DNA of 64,000 nucleotides, from NCBI GenBank assembly GCA_043745805.1, contig JAYTSD010000043.1:1-64000 (forward strand), written 5' to 3'. The notes under the pieces are model-generated. The model had not been told where the DNA came from and did no database searches. It saw only the letters and a program-made list of their open reading frames with translations. Shown piece by piece: positions 19,301 through 26,950 of this stretch; within the stretch, counting starts at the first letter, position 1, and each line of letters begins with the position of its first letter. The translations under genes and the position numbers were made by a program. Source of the stretch: Fibrobacteria bacterium. GTDB taxonomy: Bacteria; Fibrobacterota; Fibrobacteria; UBA11236.

Positions 19301-19765
19301 ATCCATCTCCAAGGTATCACCCTTTTGCAAAGTCAAAATTTCTAAATGCAAAGAATTAGGGCTACTTAATCGATGTAAGAAATTTGCTAATGTAGTGATT
19401 ACTACACTTTTGCGCTTTTTATACAAAGCCTCATAACAGGCTAACCGCTGTTCCAAAACATGCCCAAAAGGACGACGCCATTCATAAGGTTTTAAATCAA
19501 GTCCAGGAAAAAGTAAAACCTCTTCTTCACTTAACCAGGTTTGTAAATCCTCCGCCATGGTTTCCGCGCTTTTGGCATCATTCGCGAGGAATAAAATATT
19601 TTGCTTTTGACTGTGAAATTTTTGCGCGATGAGGGCCGAGGTGGCCGATCCAACTAAGCCTGCAATATATTGCGGTTCACCTATTTTGGGTGTGATCGTT
19701 GCAAAAGTAGGGAAGGCCTGCCTATCGAGAAATTCGGCTACGGAAAATGGAGTGTTTTTGGACAA
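16358..19765 (-). CDS. mfd: Transcription-repair coupling factor
   Basis: GDFVVHQDYGVG, GDVGFGKT, DEEQKFG, SATPIPR, QLRGRVGR, RDLEIRGAGN. Confidence 0.97.
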   Translation of the reverse strand: MSKNTPFSVAEFLDRQAFPTFATITPKIGEPQYIAGLVGSATSALIAQKFHSQKQNILFLANDAKSAETMAEDLQTWLSEEEVLLFPGLDLKPYEWRRPFGHVLEQRLACYEALYKKRKSVVITTLANFLHRLSSPNSLHLEILTLQKGDTLEMDDFRSAVLHMGFTEENAVQDIGEFSVRGEIIDIYPYLLDNPIRLVLFGDEIESIKEFDIFTQRSVRDIAQVDIFPLDEACYSHKDLEQGLLDHIDRFQGEGAFEAESHRLLTKRDFEGMHWQKAFFKDLSFSLLDFLGEAPLLILEGFDEIETRLQKFWGSAQEGYLEANAKERWSCRPEELFFAKSDLDALFKKQKVIELGRLSWESPSCHTLQIEEQKRGGGGLEQAEDLFQDLHDEGVDIYLLSPNAGQAERLQKLTQDLPIAGIAIGHLSCGFIDRNDGIALLTDHQIFNRFSRQVKKKKQKGGGISIQNFEALSRGDFVVHQDYGVGRFVGIKRIKAGDHSVDCILLDYQGADKLALPVTDLSKLEKYASPEGKDVTLSKLGGKTWENIKDKAKKAVYKLAQELIDLYAKRTVIKGFAFSPDSPLQNDFEKAFPYELTPDQARAVADTKKDMESSKTMDRLICGDVGFGKTEVAMVAAFKAVLDKKQVCILAPTTILASQHYESFCERFSGWPVRIDYVNRFKSAKEQKQTLETLAAGQLDILIGTHRLISADVKFKDLGLMVIDEEQKFGVKQKERLKELRTEVDVLSMSATPIPRTLHMSLIGARDLSIIATPPRNRLPIETRVTFYDPPLIRDALDLELSRGGQIFFVHNRVADLPEMTTKVEEMVPHARVGMAHGQMDEVDLEQVMSAFVNREYDILVCTSIIESGIDIPNANTIIINRADLFGLSQLYQLRGRVGRSATKAYCLLIAPDANKFTDDAKKRLYSLQKFTDLGSGFQIAMRDLEIRGAGNILGLEQSGHIAIMGFETYCRMLQDAIKELQGQKMLPPLDPEIEFPENAFIPEEYVEDGFQRVALYQKLSRCTEGSQVDDMQQEFLDRFGKIPSPTQVLLDTMRVKLVAQILGFQKVNLNKNKLCLYYSEMYMPDKNGLSLLVPKFKRTMRFIYEKPLQILVELNGENNLQRIQQAVQVLRDLL

Positions 19766-19837
19766 GGAAAAACCGATGTTAAATAGGGGGTAAGGTAAAA
19801 AAGTTAAGAGGAAAAAAGAAGAAAGTGTCGGTCAAGT

Positions 19838-20983
19838 TCAATTCAGAATTTCACCAGCCCAGAGCTTCTCTAAAAAAACTTTCCAAGGCAAAATATGAAT
19901 TCCATCTACGAGACGCGGCTTAGGGTCAAGGGAAACGAGTATACTCTTCTTGACCTTATACTCTTCATTAAAGGCTTTTAAGCCACGCAAATGCTGAGAG
20001 GAGGCCATATCCGTGCTTTTGACTTCAACCGCCACTTCATGATCCCCTAAAATAAAATCCACTTCCAATTGTGAAGCCGTACGCCAATACGCTAGATTAT
20101 AATTCGATCCAGAATAATGACTATGTGCCGTCAATTCCTGAAAAATAAAATGCTCAAAAGCTTTACCAAATGATTCACTACGCAGGACAATTTTTCCGCG
20201 TTTGATCAAATAGTTTGCTAAGCCCACATCGAAAAAATAAAAACGTGGTGCTTGTATCACGCGGCGCTTAGGTCTTTTTTGATAGGAGGGTAAAAGTTTA
20301 CCGATTAGTGTATCCTCTAAAATTTGAAAATATTCTTTTACCGTTGGCGCGCTAATGCCACAATCGCTAGCAATACTTGTGTAACTGGCTATTTCCCCAT
20401 TGCTAAAGGCGGCGGCCTCTAAAAATTTTGCAAAGGCGGGAATATTACGCGTTAAGGCTTCGGCAGCAATTTCTTCTTTGAGATAATTTACCACATAGGC
20501 TTGCAGTAGGGGCTGCGCATCTTTTGCCAAATAATGGCGCGGCAATAGCCCATTATTTAAAGCGCGTAACAAATCAAATTCAGGTATCTCTTTATAGATA
20601 AGTGGATATAATTCATAGCGCAATGCGCGTCCGCCTAATAAATTGGCTCCGCCGCGTTTGAGCTTCCGTGCATTGGATCCACACAAAATGAAGGAGTAAT
20701 GATGATTGACGATAAGCCACTGTACTTCATCCAATAAGCTCGGTATTTTTTGTACTTCATCGATTATGATGGGAATATTTTTAGGATGCCCAATAAGCAA
20801 TTCTTCACGCAATAAGGCCGGACGGCGATTTAATCTATCGAATTCATCCGAGAGCAGTAAATCATAATAGGGAGATTTAGGAAATAATTGTTTTAATAAA
20901 GTGCTTTTACCCGTTTGTCGAGCGCCCCATAAGAAGCAACTTTCCTTACCCAATTTAAGCAATTTTTGTTGGCGGATTATCAT
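19838..20983 (-). CDS. AAA_14/DUF4143 ATP-binding protein with C-terminal PD-(D/E)xK-like motif
   Basis: GARQTGKS, IIIDEVQK, CGSNARKL, FYFFDVG, YWRT...EVDFIL...AVEVK. Confidence 0.88.
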   Translation of the reverse strand: MIIRQQKLLKLGKESCFLWGARQTGKSTLLKQLFPKSPYYDLLLSDEFDRLNRRPALLREELLIGHPKNIPIIIDEVQKIPSLLDEVQWLIVNHHYSFILCGSNARKLKRGGANLLGGRALRYELYPLIYKEIPEFDLLRALNNGLLPRHYLAKDAQPLLQAYVVNYLKEEIAAEALTRNIPAFAKFLEAAAFSNGEIASYTSIASDCGISAPTVKEYFQILEDTLIGKLLPSYQKRPKRRVIQAPRFYFFDVGLANYLIKRGKIVLRSESFGKAFEHFIFQELTAHSHYSGSNYNLAYWRTASQLEVDFILGDHEVAVEVKSTDMASSQHLRGLKAFNEEYKVKKSILVSLDPKPRLVDGIHILPWKVFLEKLWAGEILN

Positions 20984-21043
20984 GATAATCCAAAGTATAC
21001 TTTATTTTATCATGATAATCCAAAGTATGTTTTAGATTATCAT
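20974..21043. repeat. 30-bp-period tandem repeat with a palindromic core over the ATPase start codon (candidate operator)
   Basis: TTATCATGATAATCCAAAGTAT at 20977-20998 and 21007-21028, with a partial third copy at 21037. Perfect palindrome GGATTATCATGATAATCC at 20974-20991. Confidence 0.8.
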
Positions 21044-21047
21044 CACT

Positions 21048-21443
21048 TTAAAAAAGCTCTATAAATGCTCGCGGCTTCAAAATGGGAATGCCTGCATATT
21101 TTATGATTTCCAATAAATCTTTATCTCCCGAAACAATATAGGCTGCGTTTAATGCAGCAGCGGCTTCGATGAATTTATCATCATCCGGATCCACAGAAAT
21201 TTTAAGCTTAGGTGTTTTGGTAGTAAATATGCAGTGCAGGCCATTGCGGAATAAATAAAGTAACTCGTTCAGTTCTTTCTCTCCTACAAGGCCCATTCTT
21301 CCAAGAACCTCCATATATTCATCTACAATGGCATTGGATAAGCACAAGGTGATTTCCCCGTTTTTCCATAAGTCGATAACTTTTTTGGGATAACCACCGA
21401 AAAAAGAGGATATAAAAATATTAGTGTCGACGACTACTTTCAT
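21048..21443 (-). CDS. PIN-family putative TA toxin
   Basis: MKVVVDTNIFIS, DPDDDKFIEAA, YIVSGDKDLL. Confidence 0.9.
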   Translation of the reverse strand: MKVVVDTNIFISSFFGGYPKKVIDLWKNGEITLCLSNAIVDEYMEVLGRMGLVGEKELNELLYLFRNGLHCIFTTKTPKLKISVDPDDDKFIEAAAALNAAYIVSGDKDLLEIIKYAGIPILKPRAFIELF

Positions 21444-21688
21444 TTACGAGCGGCCCGAGCGTCTCGAATGGCTTTCTGCACTTTATCCGGTCCAAAACCT
21501 TTGACTTGAGCTTTTTTTCCAATGCGACTCCAGAGGTCATCAATGTATCCAGCGATATCGTGCTCTTTGATATAAGAGTCTATCAATCCTCGCAATACTT
21601 CACTAGTGGTTTTACCTTCGGACTTAGAAAGCGCCCCGAGTTTGTTTTTTGTTTCCGAGTCTAAGCGGATAATGAGTTGATCAATCAT
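21440..21688 (-). CDS. CopG/RHH antitoxin
   Basis: QLIIRLD..TKNKL..L...EGKTTSEVLRGLI; AGGAG RBS; 4-nt overlap with the PIN gene. Confidence 0.85.
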   Translation of the reverse strand: MIDQLIIRLDSETKNKLGALSKSEGKTTSEVLRGLIDSYIKEHDIAGYIDDLWSRIGKKAQVKGFGPDKVQKAIRDARAARK

Positions 21689-21715
21689 GACAATCTCCTA
21701 TTATAACGTATATAC

Positions 21716-21744
21716 AATATATCACTTAGCTAGGGTAGAGTCAA
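21716..21744 (-). promoter_or_regulatory. sigma-70 promoter of the RHH-PIN operon
   Basis: Minus strand TTGACT-N17-TATATT upstream of the AGGAG RBS. Confidence 0.6.
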
Positions 21745-21982
21745 TATTTCCCCAGCTTCCCTTTATCCAACACTCCAAGGACCCCAAATATTCTTTTTCA
21801 GAATTTGCACTTGATGCACCTATCCAAGCATCCGATTTAACTGACTATACCATTGGGCTAGACAATGGCCCGAGTAGCTTGCCGCTTTGGATGGAAGCGC
21901 CGGATGGTAAGTTCCGATCATTCAAAATGGACAGCGGGTTTAGTCTCTAAAATGGATGGTTTTTTGTGATACGGGTTGATTT

Positions 21983-22594
21983 TTACACCTTTTCTTGCAA
22001 CCATTGAACCGATTCGAAAAATTTTTTGGCCTCTTTTCCGTTCCTATTTTCAATCAAATCTTCATTGGCTTTGACAAGAATTCCAGTAATATATTCGCTT
22101 TTATTTAAGGATAATTTTTCGGAGATATCCTTTATTTTTTTGGCGATAGAACTGGGTATTTTCATCGATAATCGACTTCTTTTTGAACCCGTCCAAAGTG
22201 GATGATTATTTTTTACCTCCGCAATGTAATTCCCCGTTTTCATATTGCTTTCATGGGAAATTTTGTCCGAATAAAATTGAATGATACACTTGAGTGCAGT
22301 AGTTGCTTCTAAATGGGATGCGTGGCCGATATAATAAAGAATATCTTCAAGTACAGGAGGAACGCGTACTTCGAGTGGTTGGTTTTTTTCTTGTATAGCT
22401 TGTTGAATTTTAGGTGCCGATTGAGCTGGAATCGTAATAGCAGTATCACAGTTTTGACAAATACCCTGCAATACATTTGGGATTTTCTTCCCACTTTTGA
22501 GAGTATAATCTCGGTAAAAATAAGTGATAGTTTTAATGTCTTCACATTTAGAGCAAATAGCTCTCGATTTGTCGCCTTCTTTTAAAATCCGCAT
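21983..22594 (-). CDS. Putative antitoxin: MqsA-like zinc ribbon (CxxC...CxxC) plus RHH-like C-terminal regions
   Basis: AICSKC...VLQGICQNCD; QPLEVRVPPVLEDIL and RLSMKIPSSIAKKIK..SEKLSLNKSEYI resemble RHH motifs. Confidence 0.55.
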   Translation of the reverse strand: MRILKEGDKSRAICSKCEDIKTITYFYRDYTLKSGKKIPNVLQGICQNCDTAITIPAQSAPKIQQAIQEKNQPLEVRVPPVLEDILYYIGHASHLEATTALKCIIQFYSDKISHESNMKTGNYIAEVKNNHPLWTGSKRSRLSMKIPSSIAKKIKDISEKLSLNKSEYITGILVKANEDLIENRNGKEAKKFFESVQWLQEKV

Positions 22595-22609
22595 AGTATT
22601 CTCTTTGCT

Positions 22610-22906
22610 TTAATTGTGCACACTCAAGAAAATTGTTTCTGGATCGAGATAGTGAAATTTAATATACCATCCTTTATATTTACCCTTAGGCTTTAGAATA
22701 TGAATAACCAAGCTTGGCTTTGCGTGGTGCTTACCTTGCTCATAATCATTACCCGTGCATACTAAGGCCATATCGATCACTTCATTAACTGTAATATTCC
22801 CATTAAAAAGACAATTTTTGATTTCCATATCACCGCGGATCTCATGGTCGTATTGTCCATTTTTAAGACAACGAATAAGTATCGCTCGTATTTCTTTGAA
22901 GCCCAT
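22610..22906 (-). CDS. Putative MqsR/RelE-fold toxin
   Basis: 98 aa ending WYIKFHY...IFLSVH, like the MqsR YxK...xSFH/K end; lies directly upstream of the zinc-ribbon gene. Confidence 0.55.
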   Translation of the reverse strand: MGFKEIRAILIRCLKNGQYDHEIRGDMEIKNCLFNGNITVNEVIDMALVCTGNDYEQGKHHAKPSLVIHILKPKGKYKGWYIKFHYLDPETIFLSVHN

Positions 22907-22925
22907 TTAATGAGCTCCTGAGTTA

Positions 22926-22954
22926 AATGTACGATAGTATTCGTACAAAATCAA
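22926..22954 (-). promoter_or_regulatory. sigma-70 promoter with overlapping palindromic operator
   Basis: Minus strand TTGATT-N17-TACATT; inverted repeat TGTACGA-N6-TCGTACA at 22928-22947 covers the spacer and the -10 box. Confidence 0.7.
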
Positions 22955-23147
22955 GAGGATTAGGTTAATACCACCTTCGTGAGTTTGAACGTTTAGATTT
23001 TTTAAGATTGGTGTAGGCCAATTATCTTGCATAGATCAACCCTATATTCAAATAAAAACCAAAAGTTCGAAAATAAAGAATACGAAAAATATTTATGAGA
23101 ATCGGAAACGGAATAAGCAGTATTTTGCGGAACTCTTCGATCAGAAA

Positions 23148-23189
23148 GATCCCCTCGGTTGCCACATAAAGTGACAATCCGAAGGGATT
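23148..23189 (-). terminator. Imperfect hairpin downstream of tRNA-Lys
   Basis: Minus strand AATCCCTTCGGATTGTCAC-TTTAT-GTGGCAACCGAGGGGATC followed by a short T run. Confidence 0.4.
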
Positions 23190-23195
23190 AATTTC

Positions 23196-23268
23196 TGAGC
23201 CAGGAAGGATTTGAACCTTCGACCCACGCCTTAAAAGGGCGCTGCTCTACCAACTGAGCTACTAGCTC
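23196..23268 (-). tRNA. tRNA-Lys(TTT), CCA not encoded
   Basis: GAGCTAGTAGCTCAGTTGGTAGAGCAGCGCCCTTTTAAGGCGTGGGTCGAAGGTTCAAATCCTTCCTGGCTCA folds as a cloverleaf with anticodon TTT. Confidence 0.95.
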
Positions 23269-23452
23269 GAAGAGTGAGCAAATTTAGTATACCCCGCACA
23301 AATTTCCAAGGATTTTTTCGATAAAAAAGGGTTATCTCCGATTTTAAAGGAAGGTATTTTTATCTCTAAAAACGCCAATGGAAACTTTTTATTAACGATA
23401 TTGTATTTTGTGTATTTATACCTGAGAATTTTCACCCATTAATTGGACTCAT

Positions 23453-24856
23453 ATGGATTTTAAAGTTCTTTCGCATGCTGGACTTTTAGTACGGGCTGCT
23501 GATAAAACCCTGATCTTTGACCCTTGGTTGATAGGAAGTGCGTATTGGCGCTCATGGTGGAATTATCCCCCCGTATCCAAGCAATTAGTGAATGGCCTTA
23601 AGCCCGATTTTATTTATCTCACGCATATTCATTGGGATCATTTTCACGGACCGTCTCTTAGAAAGTTTTCCAAAGAAACCTTGATTTTAATTCCGCGCTC
23701 GGATTCATTAAGAATAAAAAGGGATTTACACCAAATTGGATTTAAAAATGTTGTTGAAATGAGGCATGGAAAACGACTGGAGTTAGCGCCAAATTTTTTC
23801 TTAACGTCCTATCAGTTCTACCCGTTTACGGACAGTGCGGCGGTGGTGGAGTGTGAGGACAGGGTATTATTGAATGCCAACGATGCTAAATTCATGGGCG
23901 GTCCTTTGCGGCAAATTTTGCGGCGACATCCCAAAGTGGATTTTGTGTTTCGCAGTCATAGTTCAGCTAATCCAAGAATTTGCTTTGATATCATAGATGC
24001 AATTCCTGGATTAGAAACGGATAATCAAGAAAGTTACATTCGCGACTTTGTCGCGTTTGCGCAGTATGTTGGAGCCCGCTACGCCATTCCTTTTGCCAGC
24101 AACCATTGCTTTTTGCATAAAGAAGTTTTTCACTTAAATCATACCGTAACAACACCTATGCAGGTAGAAAACTATTTTAAATCGCATGGGATAACTTACC
24201 CAGAAGTAAAGGTTATGGTATCCGGTGATAGCTGGTCTTCGGAAGATGGATTTATTACAAATAGCGGAAGCTACTTCACACAAAGGGAAAGTCATTTGTT
24301 GGAATATGCTGAAGCCCAGACAGAAAAACTCCATAAATTTTATGCACTGGAAGAGAAAACCCAAGTCACTTTAGCGCAAGTACAGGGTTATTTCCGCAAA
24401 TTTATATCTGCAATTCCTTTTCCAATAAGATTTCTTTTCAAAGATAGAAAGGTAACTTATGTGTTAACTGGAAAAGGTGTTTTTCGGTTTCAAGTTGACC
24501 TATATCGCGGGGTAGTTTTGCAAGTAGAGGAGGAGAATGATTTGGATCATCCTTTACAAATACATACTTCCGCTTACATATTTGGCCAATGCATGGCGGT
24601 AGGTTTATTTTTACACTTAGGTATAAGCAAAAGAGTGAGATTCCGGGCTCGTGCTCGAGACATGAAATACCTTAAGCTTTTAGAGTTATTGTTCAACATG
24701 TACGAAAGCGAAATGTTGCCATCAAAAAAAATGTTGTCCTTGCGCTTTATATCCGTTTGGATTCCACGCTGGAGAGAAGTCATTCTATACGCACGAATTT
24801 TCATTGGAAAACTGCTAGGCCGCCCCTTCGTTTTGGAACATTACTTGAGAAAATAA
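23453..24856 (+). CDS. Metallo-beta-lactamase-fold hydrolase (UlaG/CMAH-like)
   Basis: SHAGLLV, FDPWLIGSAY.RSWW, THIHWDH, AIPFAS. Confidence 0.8.
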   Translation: MDFKVLSHAGLLVRAADKTLIFDPWLIGSAYWRSWWNYPPVSKQLVNGLKPDFIYLTHIHWDHFHGPSLRKFSKETLILIPRSDSLRIKRDLHQIGFKNVVEMRHGKRLELAPNFFLTSYQFYPFTDSAAVVECEDRVLLNANDAKFMGGPLRQILRRHPKVDFVFRSHSSANPRICFDIIDAIPGLETDNQESYIRDFVAFAQYVGARYAIPFASNHCFLHKEVFHLNHTVTTPMQVENYFKSHGITYPEVKVMVSGDSWSSEDGFITNSGSYFTQRESHLLEYAEAQTEKLHKFYALEEKTQVTLAQVQGYFRKFISAIPFPIRFLFKDRKVTYVLTGKGVFRFQVDLYRGVVLQVEEENDLDHPLQIHTSAYIFGQCMAVGLFLHLGISKRVRFRARARDMKYLKLLELLFNMYESEMLPSKKMLSLRFISVWIPRWREVILYARIFIGKLLGRPFVLEHYLRK

Positions 24857-24890
24857 TCCCCACCCAATAATTGCTGCGAGCTTTGTTTTT

Positions 24891-25949
24891 GTGAGACCAA
24901 TTAAGTACCTTATTCCAGTGAAAGTACATTGTTTAACCCATAAATTATGGCCTTTGTTAGGACAAGCACTCGCTATTTTTAGCGTGCCGCTTTCTCTGTA
25001 TGCGCAAGATATTTCTAATGGTGCTGGCACAGCTGAATTTCAATATATAGAAACGCTTATTGCTGCGCGACCCGCAGGATTAGCTGGAGCCTATACTAGC
25101 ATTTCAGAAGGAGCAGATGCCATCGGATATAATCCTGCGGGCGTATCCAAACAAGAAGGCGATCGTTTTTTCTCGGGAACCTTTAGGCAACACTTGATAG
25201 GGGTGAGTACCGGAAATGCTACCTATGCTTATCCCGGAGCTAATAATTACCGTTATGCTTTTTCAGTAGCCTTTATTAATTATGGAAAAATTGAAGAAGT
25301 GGTTGAAGAAAATCAAAGCACTGGCCGCAAAATAATTCCCTCTTCCATTAATCCTTCTTTTACGGTCGCGAAAAAATTTTCCGATCAAATTCGCGGGGGA
25401 GTTTCTTTTAAAGGTTTTCAAGAGTATTTAGGTGATTTCGAAGAAAGTCAATTTGCCTTGGGTTGGGGTTTAGATGCTGGAATATTAATTCAACCGAGCG
25501 CCAAAAATTTGGGTTTTGGCTTGAGTGTATTAAATGTTGGTCGAAAGGAAGTTTCGCAATTGGTGGGTGGTAAAAACGGGGGGTTACTTCCAGCTTCGTT
25601 AAAAGGAGGATTATACTATTACCCTCGTGAAATTCCTAAGACTCGATTAGTTGCAGATTTGGAAATTCCTTATTTTGATCCGCCTTTGTTAAGCGGAGGC
25701 TTTGAATACTATTATACCCCGCAATTTGTTTTGCGCGCGGGTAGCCGTATTAATTTACCGGAAGCGAAATATTATTTCTTAAAAGCAACCGATCAAAGAC
25801 CAGGCGAATTTTCGGGGGGTAATGCATTGAAAATGGCGGGTGGATTTACCTTTTTGGGCGAAGAATTTGATCTTGATTATGCGGTGCAATACTGGATGGA
25901 TTTGAGTTGGGTACATGCCGTAACGTTGAAGTGTCCAGTGGGGATGTAA
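24891..25949 (+). CDS. PorV/PorQ-family outer-membrane beta-barrel protein
   Basis: ARPAGLAGAYTSISEGADAIGYNPAG, YGKIE, LDAGIL, LDYA. The true start may be downstream of the called one. Confidence 0.75.
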   Translation: MRPIKYLIPVKVHCLTHKLWPLLGQALAIFSVPLSLYAQDISNGAGTAEFQYIETLIAARPAGLAGAYTSISEGADAIGYNPAGVSKQEGDRFFSGTFRQHLIGVSTGNATYAYPGANNYRYAFSVAFINYGKIEEVVEENQSTGRKIIPSSINPSFTVAKKFSDQIRGGVSFKGFQEYLGDFEESQFALGWGLDAGILIQPSAKNLGFGLSVLNVGRKEVSQLVGGKNGGLLPASLKGGLYYYPREIPKTRLVADLEIPYFDPPLLSGGFEYYYTPQFVLRAGSRINLPEAKYYFLKATDQRPGEFSGGNALKMAGGFTFLGEEFDLDYAVQYWMDLSWVHAVTLKCPVGM

Positions 25950-26086
25950 AGTTTAAATATCCAATACTCTTCATTACTCATTCGATAGTTGACACGCTTT
26001 CATCCTTAAAAGAGTTGGATTGAAAATGAAAACTATCTTTGGGTCGACTCGGTAAGCTTAAAAAGATAAATGGTAAAATTAAAAAA

Positions 26087-26950
26087 ATGACTGACATAGC
26101 CTGCGTAACAATTAATTATAAAAATCCCGAGGACACTATTCAGTGTATCGAATCAATTGTTGTTTCGGGTTCATCTTCCTTTAAGATTTTTTTGATTAAT
26201 AATTATTCTGAAGATGGATCTGGAGATGTTTTAAAAAAATATTTGCTCAAGTCAGGAATCCGTTTCTCTTATTTGGAGCCGCCAGAAAATTTGGGTTTTA
26301 CTGGCGGAGTCAATTTAGGAATTGAAAATGCAATTACAGAAAATTTTGAACATATACTATTGCTAAATAATGACACGGTCGTGGCTGAGAATTTCACGGG
26401 AGAAGTCATAAACGCTTTCGAAAAATATCCAGGAGAAGTTATAGCAGGTCAAGTTTTGGACTATTCTACTGGCAGACCTTCTTATAATGTCGGGCATATA
26501 TATCCTTTGACTGGTCATGTACACGAAACATTTGCAACGGATTACAAAAATGGAATTGATTTTGTATCCGGTTGCTTAATGCTGATTCCTATTTCGGCAA
26601 TTAAAACAGTAGGCTCATTTGACAATAGATATTTTATGTATAGAGAAGATTTTGATTTTTGTATACGGTTAAAAAAAGCGGGGATTAAAATTCGGTTTTG
26701 TCCAGATATTTCGATACGTCATAAAGTAAGCTCCTCCTCGAAACGATCCAAAACCCCGGTGGAATATTATAGAATACGTAATCAAACCCATATTGTTTTC
26801 CGTCAGGCTAAGCCACTGCAAAAAGTGTTCTATACTTTTTTTTTAGGAGCTATGCTTTTGTATAAAATTTTCCGTAGGCCAACATTATTTGCTCAAGCTT
26901 TTTTGGGAATTAAGGATGCATTAATCGGAAGATTGGGTAAGCAACATTAA
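26087..26950 (+). CDS. Glycosyltransferase family 2
   Basis: NLGFTGGVNLG, LLLNND, SGCLMLI, YFMYREDFDFC. ATG at 26087 preferred over TTG at 26039. Confidence 0.9.
   Translation: MTDIACVTINYKNPEDTIQCIESIVVSGSSSFKIFLINNYSEDGSGDVLKKYLLKSGIRFSYLEPPENLGFTGGVNLGIENAITENFEHILLLNNDTVVAENFTGEVINAFEKYPGEVIAGQVLDYSTGRPSYNVGHIYPLTGHVHETFATDYKNGIDFVSGCLMLIPISAIKTVGSFDNRYFMYREDFDFCIRLKKAGIKIRFCPDISIRHKVSSSSKRSKTPVEYYRIRNQTHIVFRQAKPLQKVFYTFFLGAMLLYKIFRRPTLFAQAFLGIKDALIGRLGKQH

Noticed and set aside
20974-21043. Possible mini-CRISPR array
   Set aside because: Period is only 30 bp with about 8-bp variable parts, under three units, and there are no cas genes. It fits an operator or tandem duplication better.
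21687-21950. 87-aa plus-strand ORF between the TA pairs
   Set aside because: It overlaps the promoter of the RHH-PIN operon and has no RBS or recognisable motif. It could be a gene remnant, but that cannot be supported.
19766-23268. Integrative element or prophage at tRNA-Lys
   Set aside because: No integrase, phage genes or duplicated tRNA 3' end (att site) was found.
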